This document shows, in pieces, positions 1-7,857 of a stretch of 41,487 nt of DNA. Positions within the stretch are counted from its first letter, which is position 1; the number at the start of each line of letters is the position of its first letter. The stretch is from Candidatus Woesearchaeota archaeon. Lineage in GTDB: Archaea; Nanobdellota; Nanobdellia; SCGC-AAA011-G17; UBA489. The translations under genes were made by a program, and so were the position numbers. The notes under the pieces were generated by a model. That model saw only the letters and a list, made by a program, of their open reading frames with translations. It was not told where the DNA came from and made no database searches. The stretch covers positions 1 to 41,487 of the forward strand of contig JABIPM010000040.1 of assembly GCA_018658955.1 (NCBI GenBank). Reading direction: 5' to 3'.

Positions 1-105
1 AGAAACATTTTTCCTAGCTTTAAGCAATACGTGTAATAATTTAACAGTATCAGAACCAGCTATATTCTTAACAAGATCAATAATTATTTCTTCAGGAACT
101 TTCAT
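1..105 (-). CDS. 5' end (35 codons) of a gene that runs off the window; best guess is transcription factor E (TFE / TFIIE-alpha-like)
   Basis: Reverse-strand ATG at 105 gives MKVPEEIIIDLVKNIAGSDTVKLLHVLLKARKNVS. This resembles the winged-helix N-terminus of archaeal TFE (..L..LAK.L.GDD.V.VL..LL.K..). TATA-like A/T boxes lie 10-35 nt upstream on that strand. The gene is partial, so the call is weak. Confidence 0.35.
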   Translation of the reverse strand, partial: MKVPEEIIIDLVKNIAGSDTVKLLHVLLKARKNVS

Positions 106-152
106 CGTAGGAATTATAAAAATAGGAGTCTTATTTAAATATCTTACGGATT

Positions 153-1805
153 TTAACGTCCATCAAATAAATAATTGCCTAAATCTCGTAATTTTTCCAG
201 TTTTCCCCCTTCATAAATATCTTCCAGCTCCTCAAAATGAGATTTACAGCAATCCATATGATGTTTTTTTGCTAATTCTAACTTTTTTCCAGCAAATTTT
301 TCACTTAGGCTGCATAATCTTAGATTCTCTAAAATTCCTAAAATATGTCCATATTTCATAGATTTTTCAAAACTATCCACTATTCCAGAATCAAAAGCAT
401 TTTTACAATAAGTTTCTAATTGATTTTTTTTATCTTCAAATCCTTCAAAAACGTTCAAACAAGAATAATTATCAATTAATGTAATTGGATCCATGTAAGG
501 TAAACCTATTTTACTTTTTTCAAAATCAATTATACATGGGTCTCCTTTTCTATTCAAAACAATATTTCCTGGATGTAAATCTCCATGAACAATTGACTTC
601 CAACACTCTCTTGAATCAATGAATAAAAAGTTTAATTTTTCAACTATTGTATCGGAATATTTTTTATCTAATTTCTTCTTAAAATTCTGATTATCAAATA
701 AATTCATAGTGTCACTAATGGATTTATTAGATTTTAACTGCAATAATAATAAATTTTCAAGACTTGTTTTTATGATCTCTTTTCCTTCTTCATAATGTTT
801 TAAATCCAAATAATCTTTCAAATCAAAATTTCCTACATTTTTTGTAATGCTAAATACTTCTCCATCAACTTCTAGAAGCTTAATGGGCCTAACAAATTTA
901 TTTTTTGTATCTTCAAAAAAAGAATAAATAAATTCTGTTTTTATATAATCTTGAATTATTTCTTCAGAATTTTTTCCAGTCTTAAATATAAACAACCTAT
1001 TTGCTAAATCTGAGTCAGATAAATAAATTTCATTTGAACCCTTTTCCACTAAGCTTTTTTTACTTCTTTTAATCTTTTCAATAGCAGTTCTAAATACTTC
1101 TTCAGAACCTTCTATATTTTCATTTTCTAATATCTGCCCTAGAATGCAACAAGAATTCAAAACAGCCTCATCATTCCCTTTTTCAATATTTAATCTCAAT
1201 ACGTCTAAGGATTCATCTAATAATCCACCAATATAAAGTCGCACCCCATAATCTAAATTTTTCTCAAAATCAACAGTACCAGCCCTTTCAATTCTGTTTA
1301 TTCTAAGTTTAGCTAAAGTTTTGTAACTTAATTTTTCAATAGCAGAGATGGAATAATTGAATTGCCGGGATTCATCTAAAAGTTCAATCAGCCCTTCCAA
1401 ATTTTGATTGTAATGGTTTTCTAAAGTTTTTTCAGCATATTTTTTCTCAAAATATTTGTCTTCAGGAATATCTTGAATATGTTTTTGAATGTAGTCAATA
1501 TTATCTTCAAAAGTATCTTTTCCTCTTAAAAGTTTAAAACCCTCTCTCAAATTTTCTAAGAATCTATTTGGTTTTATTGTGTCAAATAAGTTCATGGTAC
1601 TGAGATTAGTAGTGGCTACCTGATATGTGAGGGCTCCAAAAACAAATCCTAGTGGCCAAGAATCTTGCGAATAACCAATAAAACATCCAATTGCAGTAGA
1701 AGGTAATACAGAAATAATTCTTTTTATTCTATTTTTTTTATTCTCTTTTAAAATTAATTCCGAACTTTTTTCATATTCGTTTCTCTCTTTTTCAATAAGA
1801 TCCAT
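153..1805 (-). CDS. Membrane-anchored protein with a C-terminal protein-kinase-like / aminoglycoside-phosphotransferase-like fold
   Basis: 550-aa ORF. The N-terminal hydrophobic hairpin is IISVLPSTAIGCFIGY..PLGFVFGALTY. The catalytic-loop signature HGDLHPGNIVLNRKGDPCIIDFEKS carries the HxDxxxxN and DF[GE] equivalents of APH/ABC1-type kinases. It lies 8 nt downstream of the preceding minus-strand gene. Confidence 0.6.
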   Translation of the reverse strand: MDLIEKERNEYEKSSELILKENKKNRIKRIISVLPSTAIGCFIGYSQDSWPLGFVFGALTYQVATTNLSTMNLFDTIKPNRFLENLREGFKLLRGKDTFEDNIDYIQKHIQDIPEDKYFEKKYAEKTLENHYNQNLEGLIELLDESRQFNYSISAIEKLSYKTLAKLRINRIERAGTVDFEKNLDYGVRLYIGGLLDESLDVLRLNIEKGNDEAVLNSCCILGQILENENIEGSEEVFRTAIEKIKRSKKSLVEKGSNEIYLSDSDLANRLFIFKTGKNSEEIIQDYIKTEFIYSFFEDTKNKFVRPIKLLEVDGEVFSITKNVGNFDLKDYLDLKHYEEGKEIIKTSLENLLLLQLKSNKSISDTMNLFDNQNFKKKLDKKYSDTIVEKLNFLFIDSRECWKSIVHGDLHPGNIVLNRKGDPCIIDFEKSKIGLPYMDPITLIDNYSCLNVFEGFEDKKNQLETYCKNAFDSGIVDSFEKSMKYGHILGILENLRLCSLSEKFAGKKLELAKKHHMDCCKSHFEELEDIYEGGKLEKLRDLGNYLFDGR

Positions 1806-1813
1806 GAGTATGA

Positions 1814-3031
1814 TTAAAATTTAGTTAAAACAAAAAATAATGCCGCACCTACAACACCGACGATTAAGCCAAATACAAAAGGCCAAGGAGTTTCTTTGGG
1901 TTCATCTTTCTTTTCTTCTTTTTCAGTTTCTTCTTCTTGTTCTTCATCAGAGTTATCAGTTTCTAATACTTCTTCCTCTTCCTCTTCCTCTTCAGTTCCA
2001 TTAGGTGTTTGGTCCCATCCATCACACACTCCATCACCATCAGAATCTAAATCGCAACCGTCAACTTCAACAATACATCCAGGAACATGGTCTATTGGAC
2101 AAACATCTACATCATCATTAACTCCATCACCATCAGAATCTAAAGGGGCATCTACAGGTTCTTCCTTAACATTTAGTTTAAATTCAAAAATTTCTCCATG
2201 TAACCCACCATCAATTTCACCAGTTAATTCTAATCTAATATTATACTTAGCAACATCGTAATCACTCAAGTCCAATGTTAATTCTCTAGCAACTCCTACT
2301 TCTTCACCAAGCACATCATCCTCTCCGGTAGATGCCTCTTCTCCATAACTCCTATCGTCTACAAATAAAATAATTTGGATATCATTATCTTCAAACTTAA
2401 AACTATCATTGGAAAAAGTATTCTTATAACTTACAATAATTTCTACATCGTCACCAACATAAGCATCCACCGTATTTCCATCACTAATATTATCTGCATC
2501 CTCTCCATCAACCTCTACCTGGACCTTATTACTATAAAATTCTAAATTATTTTCAACTTGAACTGTCACAGGAAATATTTCAGAAACTCCAAATGTCTGA
2601 ATTGTCATGTTTGTAATATTGTTTGCAGTTCCACTAATATTAATTTCTCCCACATTCCACGCAACTTCTTTAAACTCAGAATCAATAGCGTCTATGCCTT
2701 TAGGGATAGTAAGTTCTACAGAAGTAGCATTTGAGGATGAATTTAAGATAGATTCTCCATTAAATGGAAAAACAAATCCAAAATTAAAGCTGCCAAAAGA
2801 ACCATTACTTACAAAATTAAAATCCAAGTTTTCAATACTATAATTAACATAACTATTACTAAGTGTTAAAATTTCATTATCTCCAACAGTATGTTCAAAA
2901 TTATCTCCTCCAAAAGCAAGAGTAGTAACGTTAGCACTAAAACTAGCAACACCAAAAGAAACTAGCAATATTAAGAATAAACTCGAAAGAATAATTAACC
3001 TATTTTTCAATAAAGCCTTTCTAAGTATCAT
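1814..3031 (-). CDS. Secreted, C-terminally anchored surface protein with thrombospondin type-3-like Ca-binding repeats and an acidic linker
   Basis: 405 aa. N-terminal signal or anchor is LIILSSLFLILLVSFGVASFSA. There are many N-x-S/T sequons. Repeats are DSDGDGVNDDVDVCP and DLDSDGDGVCDGWD. An E-rich stretch (EEEEEEEEVLETDNSDEEQEEETEKEEKKDE) precedes PWPFVFGLIVGVVGAALFFVLTKF, which is a PxF motif plus TM helix plus short tail, reminiscent of PGF-CTERM-type sorting signals. Confidence 0.6.
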   Translation of the reverse strand: MILRKALLKNRLIILSSLFLILLVSFGVASFSANVTTLAFGGDNFEHTVGDNEILTLSNSYVNYSIENLDFNFVSNGSFGSFNFGFVFPFNGESILNSSSNATSVELTIPKGIDAIDSEFKEVAWNVGEINISGTANNITNMTIQTFGVSEIFPVTVQVENNLEFYSNKVQVEVDGEDADNISDGNTVDAYVGDDVEIIVSYKNTFSNDSFKFEDNDIQIILFVDDRSYGEEASTGEDDVLGEEVGVARELTLDLSDYDVAKYNIRLELTGEIDGGLHGEIFEFKLNVKEEPVDAPLDSDGDGVNDDVDVCPIDHVPGCIVEVDGCDLDSDGDGVCDGWDQTPNGTEEEEEEEEVLETDNSDEEQEEETEKEEKKDEPKETPWPFVFGLIVGVVGAALFFVLTKF

Positions 3032-3116
3032 ATTATCATACTCCCAAAAACCTACTTTTTAAAGTTTCCCAGTACTCACCCTAAGGTTTATAAACAATAT
3101 TCAGAAACTTATAAAC

Positions 3117-4961
3117 ATGCCAATTGCAGAAAATTCTCAATCTCCAGAAATGGATAAAAAGACCAAAGAAGAGATTTTAAAGAAAGTAGAAAAAATGAAG
3201 GCAAAGGTAGAATCCTTCAAAAAGAAACTTCTTACAAAAAATAAAAAAGATATTTTGGGAATGTCAGTATTACCTCCAGAAAGATTTGAAGACGCAGTAA
3301 ACAGGTTAAAATCAGAGAAGTTAGATGAAAAACAATTAAGAAAGAAAATTGAAGAAGAAAAACAAAAAATAAACATTCTAATTTTACTAGATGATCAAGA
3401 ATTAAAATCTCCTAAGGAAAGATACAATTTAATAAAAAAAGTAGAAGAAACATCAATCAAAGTTGCAGAATCAGTTGATAAATTAATAAGACCTCAAGCA
3501 ATGTTAATGTCTGAAGTAAGAGAAGCATGTTATGATGGAAAATCCGAAGTTCTAAGATTATTAACAACTAGTGTGCATATTCATGACCCCAAAGATGTTT
3601 TAGGGGCAATTAAAGTTAGTGAAATTCACAAATCCATGGTTCTAAGAAAATTCGAAAAGTACATTGTTTCTTATATTGCAGTTGGAAGTGTGTTTAGGGG
3701 AGATGCATCGAGTCATGATATTGATGTAGCAATAATTATTGACGATACAGACGTTAAAAGAATGAGTCGTGGAGAATTAAAAGAAAAACTTTCAAGCATT
3801 ATTCGTTCAATGGGATTCGAAGCAAGCGATATTGCACAAGTAAAGAAAATATTTCATATTCAAGTGTACATTTTAACAGATTTCTGGGATGGAATAAGGG
3901 ATGCAACACCCGTATTCTTTACATTCCTAAGAGATGGAATTCCTTTATACGACAGAGGAGTATTCATGCCTCAAAAATTATTATTAAAAATGGGTAAAAT
4001 CAAACCAAGTCCGGAAGCAATTGAAATGCATATGGATGTGGGTGGAAGATTAATTGAACGATCAAAAGGAAAACTCCTAAGCATTGTTGCAGAGGATCTA
4101 TACTATGCAGCGTTAAATCCTTCACAATCAGCACTTATGCTTCAAGGTTATCCTCCTTCAACACCAAGAGAAACAATGAGGTTAATGGATGAAATTTTCG
4201 TAAAAAAAGAAAAATTAATGACTTCTAAAGATGTTGAAGCATTAAAGAACGCATTTAAGATTTACAAAGAAATCGAACATGGAAAATTAAAAGAAATTTC
4301 TGGAAAAGAAATAGACAGATTAACAAAAGAAGTTTCAGATTATTTTAATAAAATAAAAGTTATTGTAAAGAAACTAGAAAAGAAAGCAGTAAGAGCGACT
4401 GCAAGTAATTTATTAGAGGCCCTAACTGAAGCATTAGTCAACTTAATGAGCTTAGAAAATCTTTCAACAAATAAAGCAGACTTAACTAAAAACTTTTCAA
4501 AATTAGTTACTAAGGGACATTTCAATAAAAGAGAAAAAGAATTATTAACAAACACTTTAGAATTAACAAAGAAAGCTTCTTCAAAAGAAGAACTTGAAAA
4601 ATTAAGAAGGGAGTCCTCACAACTATTAAGAAAGATTCAAAGACATGCTCAAACCGAAAGAGGAAAAGAAATAGGCAGGGCAAAGATTAGAGTAAAATAC
4701 GGGGATCAATTTGGAGATATTTATTTACTAGATAAAGAAATTTACATGGTGGGAGATATAGACTCTCAAACAAAAGTAGTTTCAAAAGCAAGGATGCTTC
4801 CTTCAGGAAACTTAGGTACAGTAAAACCTTCAAGTATGGAAGAATTAGATAAAATATTAACCACTGCCAAAATCCCTCCAAGGGTATTCATTAAAGAGGC
4901 ATTATTCGAGGATTTAAAGAAGATTTTTGGTAAAGATGTAGAAGTATTAATCACATCTTAA
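3117..4961 (+). CDS. Large coiled-coil protein with a Pol-beta-superfamily nucleotidyltransferase core and HEPN-like helical region(s)
   Basis: 614 aa. The minimal NTase signature is AVGSVFRGDASSHDIDVAIIIDD (GS..DxD). A helical region follows (AEDLYYAALNPSQSALMLQGYPPS...). The termini are K/E-rich coiled coil. A TATA-like ggtttataaaca sits about 25 nt upstream of the ATG, suggesting a leaderless mRNA. Confidence 0.55.
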   Translation: MPIAENSQSPEMDKKTKEEILKKVEKMKAKVESFKKKLLTKNKKDILGMSVLPPERFEDAVNRLKSEKLDEKQLRKKIEEEKQKINILILLDDQELKSPKERYNLIKKVEETSIKVAESVDKLIRPQAMLMSEVREACYDGKSEVLRLLTTSVHIHDPKDVLGAIKVSEIHKSMVLRKFEKYIVSYIAVGSVFRGDASSHDIDVAIIIDDTDVKRMSRGELKEKLSSIIRSMGFEASDIAQVKKIFHIQVYILTDFWDGIRDATPVFFTFLRDGIPLYDRGVFMPQKLLLKMGKIKPSPEAIEMHMDVGGRLIERSKGKLLSIVAEDLYYAALNPSQSALMLQGYPPSTPRETMRLMDEIFVKKEKLMTSKDVEALKNAFKIYKEIEHGKLKEISGKEIDRLTKEVSDYFNKIKVIVKKLEKKAVRATASNLLEALTEALVNLMSLENLSTNKADLTKNFSKLVTKGHFNKREKELLTNTLELTKKASSKEELEKLRRESSQLLRKIQRHAQTERGKEIGRAKIRVKYGDQFGDIYLLDKEIYMVGDIDSQTKVVSKARMLPSGNLGTVKPSSMEELDKILTTAKIPPRVFIKEALFEDLKKIFGKDVEVLITS

Positions 4962-5002
4962 GTCAAAAAGCTTAAAAACAGAAATTCTATAAAAAAGACA
5001 CG

Positions 5003-5260
5003 ATGGAAGCACAAATATCTAATTTTAGACTAGGAAGACACACAAAGTCCAATAATCACATGATTTTGATAGTTCCTGGTGTAGATAGCAAAGAACAGGC
5101 AGATGCAATGAAAGACAAAGTAGTTGTCTGGAAATCAAGTGCAGGTAAGGAAATCAAAGGCATAGTAGCTTCAGCACATGGAAATAATGGTGCAATCAGA
5201 GTAATATTCGAAACAGGGATGCCTGGTCAAGCAATTGGCACAAAAGTGGAGATCCAATAA
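5003..5260 (+). CDS. rpl35ae: 50S ribosomal protein L35Ae (eL33)
   Basis: 85 aa. The sequence ...NFRLGRHTKSNNHMILIVPGVDSKEQADAMKDKVVVWKSSAGKEIKGIVASAHGNNGAIRVIFETGMPGQAIG is typical of the L35Ae family in length and motifs. Confidence 0.85.
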   Translation: MEAQISNFRLGRHTKSNNHMILIVPGVDSKEQADAMKDKVVVWKSSAGKEIKGIVASAHGNNGAIRVIFETGMPGQAIGTKVEIQ

Positions 5261-5266
5261 TTAAAA

Positions 5267-5791
5267 ATGGCAACATTAAGAAGAGGACATTGTAGTTCCC
5301 CAGTAAAAAGGGCTTATACTAGAAAATCTAAATATAGAAGAAAGAATTACATCAGATCAGTTCCAACTAACAAGGTAATCAGATATGACATGGGTGAAAA
5401 GTCTAAAGGGTTTCCTTACAAAGTAGAAATTAAAGTAAAGGCGCCAATTCAAATTAGACACAACGCATTAGAAAGTTGTAGACAGATTATTAACAGGCAC
5501 TTAGCAAGATTAATTGGAACAGATTATTATCTTAAATTAAATGTTTATCCTCATCAAATAATCAGAGAGAATAAAATGCTTTCAGGTGCAGGATCCGATC
5601 GTTTGCAGACAGGAATGCAGCGTTCTTTTGGTACTCCTACAGGTGTAGCAGCTAGACTAAAAAAGAATCAAACTATCTTTTCAGTAAAAGTAACAAAAGA
5701 AAATATTAACCATGCAAAGACAGCATTAAAGAAATCAACACCAAGAATGCCAGGTCAATTTTCAATTACTTTTGCAGAAATTAAAAAATAA
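5267..5791 (+). CDS. rpl10e: 50S ribosomal protein L10e (uL16)
   Basis: 174 aa. The N-terminus (R)RGHCSSPVKRAYTRKSKYRRKNYIRSVP and ...MLSGAGSDRLQTGMQRSFGTPTGVAARL match the archaeal/eukaryotic L10e pattern. It lies 6 nt after rpl35ae. Confidence 0.9.
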   Translation: MATLRRGHCSSPVKRAYTRKSKYRRKNYIRSVPTNKVIRYDMGEKSKGFPYKVEIKVKAPIQIRHNALESCRQIINRHLARLIGTDYYLKLNVYPHQIIRENKMLSGAGSDRLQTGMQRSFGTPTGVAARLKKNQTIFSVKVTKENINHAKTALKKSTPRMPGQFSITFAEIKK

Positions 5792-6227
5792 TTTTTTATA
5801 TTTTAATTGTTTACTAGAAATTTCTCTATGTAAAAGTTTTACAAAGATTTAACAAAATTCACAAACGTTATCAGATTTGGTAATTTTGGGTTTACCTTTC
5901 TTTTTCTGTTTTTTCTTAAAAATATCAAAGATTCCCATATCTAAAAAAAGTGATTTTTCTATATTTAAACCTTTCTTGAAAATGATTCACCAACAAGTAA
6001 TGATATACTCTTAAATAAATTAACAACTTCAAATGATCAATGAACGTAATCAGTAGTAGGCCAAGTTATAGAACAACACTTACTACTGTGAAGAATATTT
6101 CTATTAAATTCAATTAACCTGGCTCAAGTCTTTGATTGTTTTCAACATCAATTGGTTTGGGCCTTACTTCTAAGACATAATTAGAGTTATCTAAATTAAC
6201 AGAACTATCAATGGAGGAAAATATAAA

Positions 6228-6476
6228 ATGGTTCAACAAATGGATGCAGGATTAGTTCCTGATAGGGTACAGAGGCCTTGTAGATTATGCATGGCGGAGC
6301 AGGCACATTACAGGATGGGAGAAGTAGAAGCAGACGAATTGGGATTATTAAGTGCCGAATTCCAATGTATGGGTTGTATGGAAATTGTTCCAGTAGCCGT
6401 AGGTAGGGAGGAGTTTAGACATGAAGAAATTTATATCAGATCAATCAATAACTCCAAAATCATAACATCTTTTTGA
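6228..6476 (+). CDS. Hypothetical small protein with two CxxC pairs (possible zinc ribbon); G+C-elevated
   Basis: 82-aa ORF. GGAGG at 6213-6217 lies 10 nt upstream of the ATG. The motifs CRLC...(35 aa)...CMGC are present. Local G+C is about 42-50% against a roughly 30% background. The 3' end overlaps the convergent ORF 6460..6729 by 17 nt. Coding status is unproven. Confidence 0.4.
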   Translation: MVQQMDAGLVPDRVQRPCRLCMAEQAHYRMGEVEADELGLLSAEFQCMGCMEIVPVAVGREEFRHEEIYIRSINNSKIITSF

Positions 6477-6729
6477 TGACATCTGGATATTCGGGAAAGT
6501 GCTTGGCAATTATCATAATGTCAAATTCACTTAGTATGGACTCTTTTGGTTCTCTCTCCAATAAAAATTCAAAAGACTTCTCAACTAATAATTCTTTACT
6601 GCACATCTTATCACTTAGCATTTGCCAATCTTGTTCATGAACCAAAATAATGTGTTCAGTAGTTTCACCATTCTGCTGTATTCTAACTAAAAATTCATCT
6701 TCGTTTTTTCTCTCAACAATGATCTCCAT
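6460..6729 (-). CDS. Hypothetical 89-aa protein, translationally adjacent to the M42 peptidase gene
   Basis: The ORF starts 1 nt after the stop of 6731..7753 on the same strand, which suggests an operon. No family was recognised. Confidence 0.5.
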   Translation of the reverse strand: MEIIVERKNEDEFLVRIQQNGETTEHIILVHEQDWQMLSDKMCSKELLVEKSFEFLLEREPKESILSEFDIMIIAKHFPEYPDVIKKML

Positions 6730-6730
6730 T

Positions 6731-7753
6731 TTACAAACAAATCCTTGGAGGATTTTTTAAAAGAAGTTCAATTAATTTTATTGCATCTTTAATATCTTGT
6801 TTATGTGCAACACTTGTAGTTGTATGTATATTTCTAACAGGAACACCCACAACACCGCAAGGTAATCCTCCTTTAGAAACTGCAACATTTAATGCATCCG
6901 TTGTTCCAAAATCACTAACATCTGGTTGGAATGGAATTTTGTTTTTTCTTGCAATATCAAATAACCATTTATTTATGCATCGAGTAGTCATCATTTCACC
7001 ATCCTTAACAACAATTACTGGGCCTTTGCCTAAACACTTTACTGCACCGCCTATTTTTCCATCTCCAGATTCAGTGACATCTACAACAATTGCATAGTCT
7101 GGATCAATTGAATAAACAGAAGTTTTAGCACCAAATAGTCCAATCTCTTCTTGAACAGTAAACACGTAATACATGTTTCCCTTAGATTTTTTTAATTTTT
7201 TAGCTAATTCAATTAACATATAACAGCCAACTCTATCGTCTAGAGCTTTACCAGAAACAAAGTTTCCACCTTCTCCAAGTTCTAAATAATCTTTTACAAT
7301 GTAAACATAATCTCCAGGAATAACTCCTGCCTTATCCACTTCTTCTCTAGTCATACCTACATCAACATATAAGTTTCCCATCCCAGGCAATTCTTCAAGC
7401 TCATGACTATCTTGAATATCTCGTGTAGTGATCAATCCTTCAAGTTTCTTACCTTTACTGGTAATCAGTTGAACATTTTCACCAAGCAAAGTAATCGGTT
7501 CTAATCCTCCAATTGCAGAAATAAATATCTTACCTTGACTATCGACTTCTCCAACCATTAATCCTACTTCGTCCATGTGAGCTGCAAGCATTACAGAAAC
7601 TCCTTTTCCTTTCTGTCTAGCAATTAGGTTTCCATACTTATCAGTATACATCTCATCAACATATGGTTTAAGCTCTTTTTTGATTATGGCTCTAACTACT
7701 GATTCATTTCCACTAGGGCCTTGCGCCTCACTAAGTTTTTTTAGAAGATTCAT
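6731..7753 (-). CDS. M42 family (TET/FrvX-type) glutamyl/leucyl aminopeptidase
   Basis: 340 aa. LSEAQGPSGNESVVRAIIKKELKPYVDEMYTDKYGNLIA...VMLAAHMDEVGLMV, ...GKALDDRVGC... and ..VQEEIGLFGA.. are hallmarks of the M42 co-catalytic metallopeptidases. Confidence 0.85.
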   Translation of the reverse strand: MNLLKKLSEAQGPSGNESVVRAIIKKELKPYVDEMYTDKYGNLIARQKGKGVSVMLAAHMDEVGLMVGEVDSQGKIFISAIGGLEPITLLGENVQLITSKGKKLEGLITTRDIQDSHELEELPGMGNLYVDVGMTREEVDKAGVIPGDYVYIVKDYLELGEGGNFVSGKALDDRVGCYMLIELAKKLKKSKGNMYYVFTVQEEIGLFGAKTSVYSIDPDYAIVVDVTESGDGKIGGAVKCLGKGPVIVVKDGEMMTTRCINKWLFDIARKNKIPFQPDVSDFGTTDALNVAVSKGGLPCGVVGVPVRNIHTTTSVAHKQDIKDAIKLIELLLKNPPRICL

Positions 7754-7857
7754 ACTTCACCTCTCTACAATTTAAATCCTTCAGTTTATTTAAATCCTTT
7801 CTTTATAAATATCTTAAACAAAGGCATATAAATCACTTATTTCTACTCAATTGTGAA

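Noticed and set aside
1896-4954. Track ORFs antisense to or nested within the large genes: 1896..2261, 2607..2843, 3137..3376, 4340..4555, 4687..4881 and 4766..4954.
   Set aside because: All lie fully inside longer ORFs with recognisable domains on the opposite strand. Their products are low-complexity (S/F/L/K-rich), typical of shadow frames of K/E-rich genes, and they lack SD or TATA context.
5849-5938. 29-codon minus-strand mini-ORF (MGIFDIFKKKQKKKGKPKITKSDNVCEFC) in the long gap after rpl10e.
   Set aside because: It is very short, lysine-rich, and has no clear promoter or SD. It is indistinguishable from chance in A/T-rich DNA without conservation data.
6040-6110. Possible stop-codon recoding: atg atc aat gaa cgt aat cag TAG TAG gcc aag tta TAG...
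   Set aside because: TAG, TGA and TAA all terminate well-supported genes in this window (for example 25393 and 28704 use TAG, and 12370 and 27510 use TGA), so the standard code applies. The stretch has three TAGs in 40 nt and is simply non-coding.
6228-6440. SRP RNA or RNase P RNA in the G+C-rich patch. It contains GGAGCAGG, reminiscent of the SRP helix-8 3' strand, and ggaggaaaa, reminiscent of RNase P CR-I.
   Set aside because: I could not find the matching GNAR tetraloop and 5' strand of helix 8, a P4 partner, or extended complementary helices by eye. The ggagg is better explained as an SD 10 nt from an ATG. This is kept as an open question in the findings, not as an RNA call.
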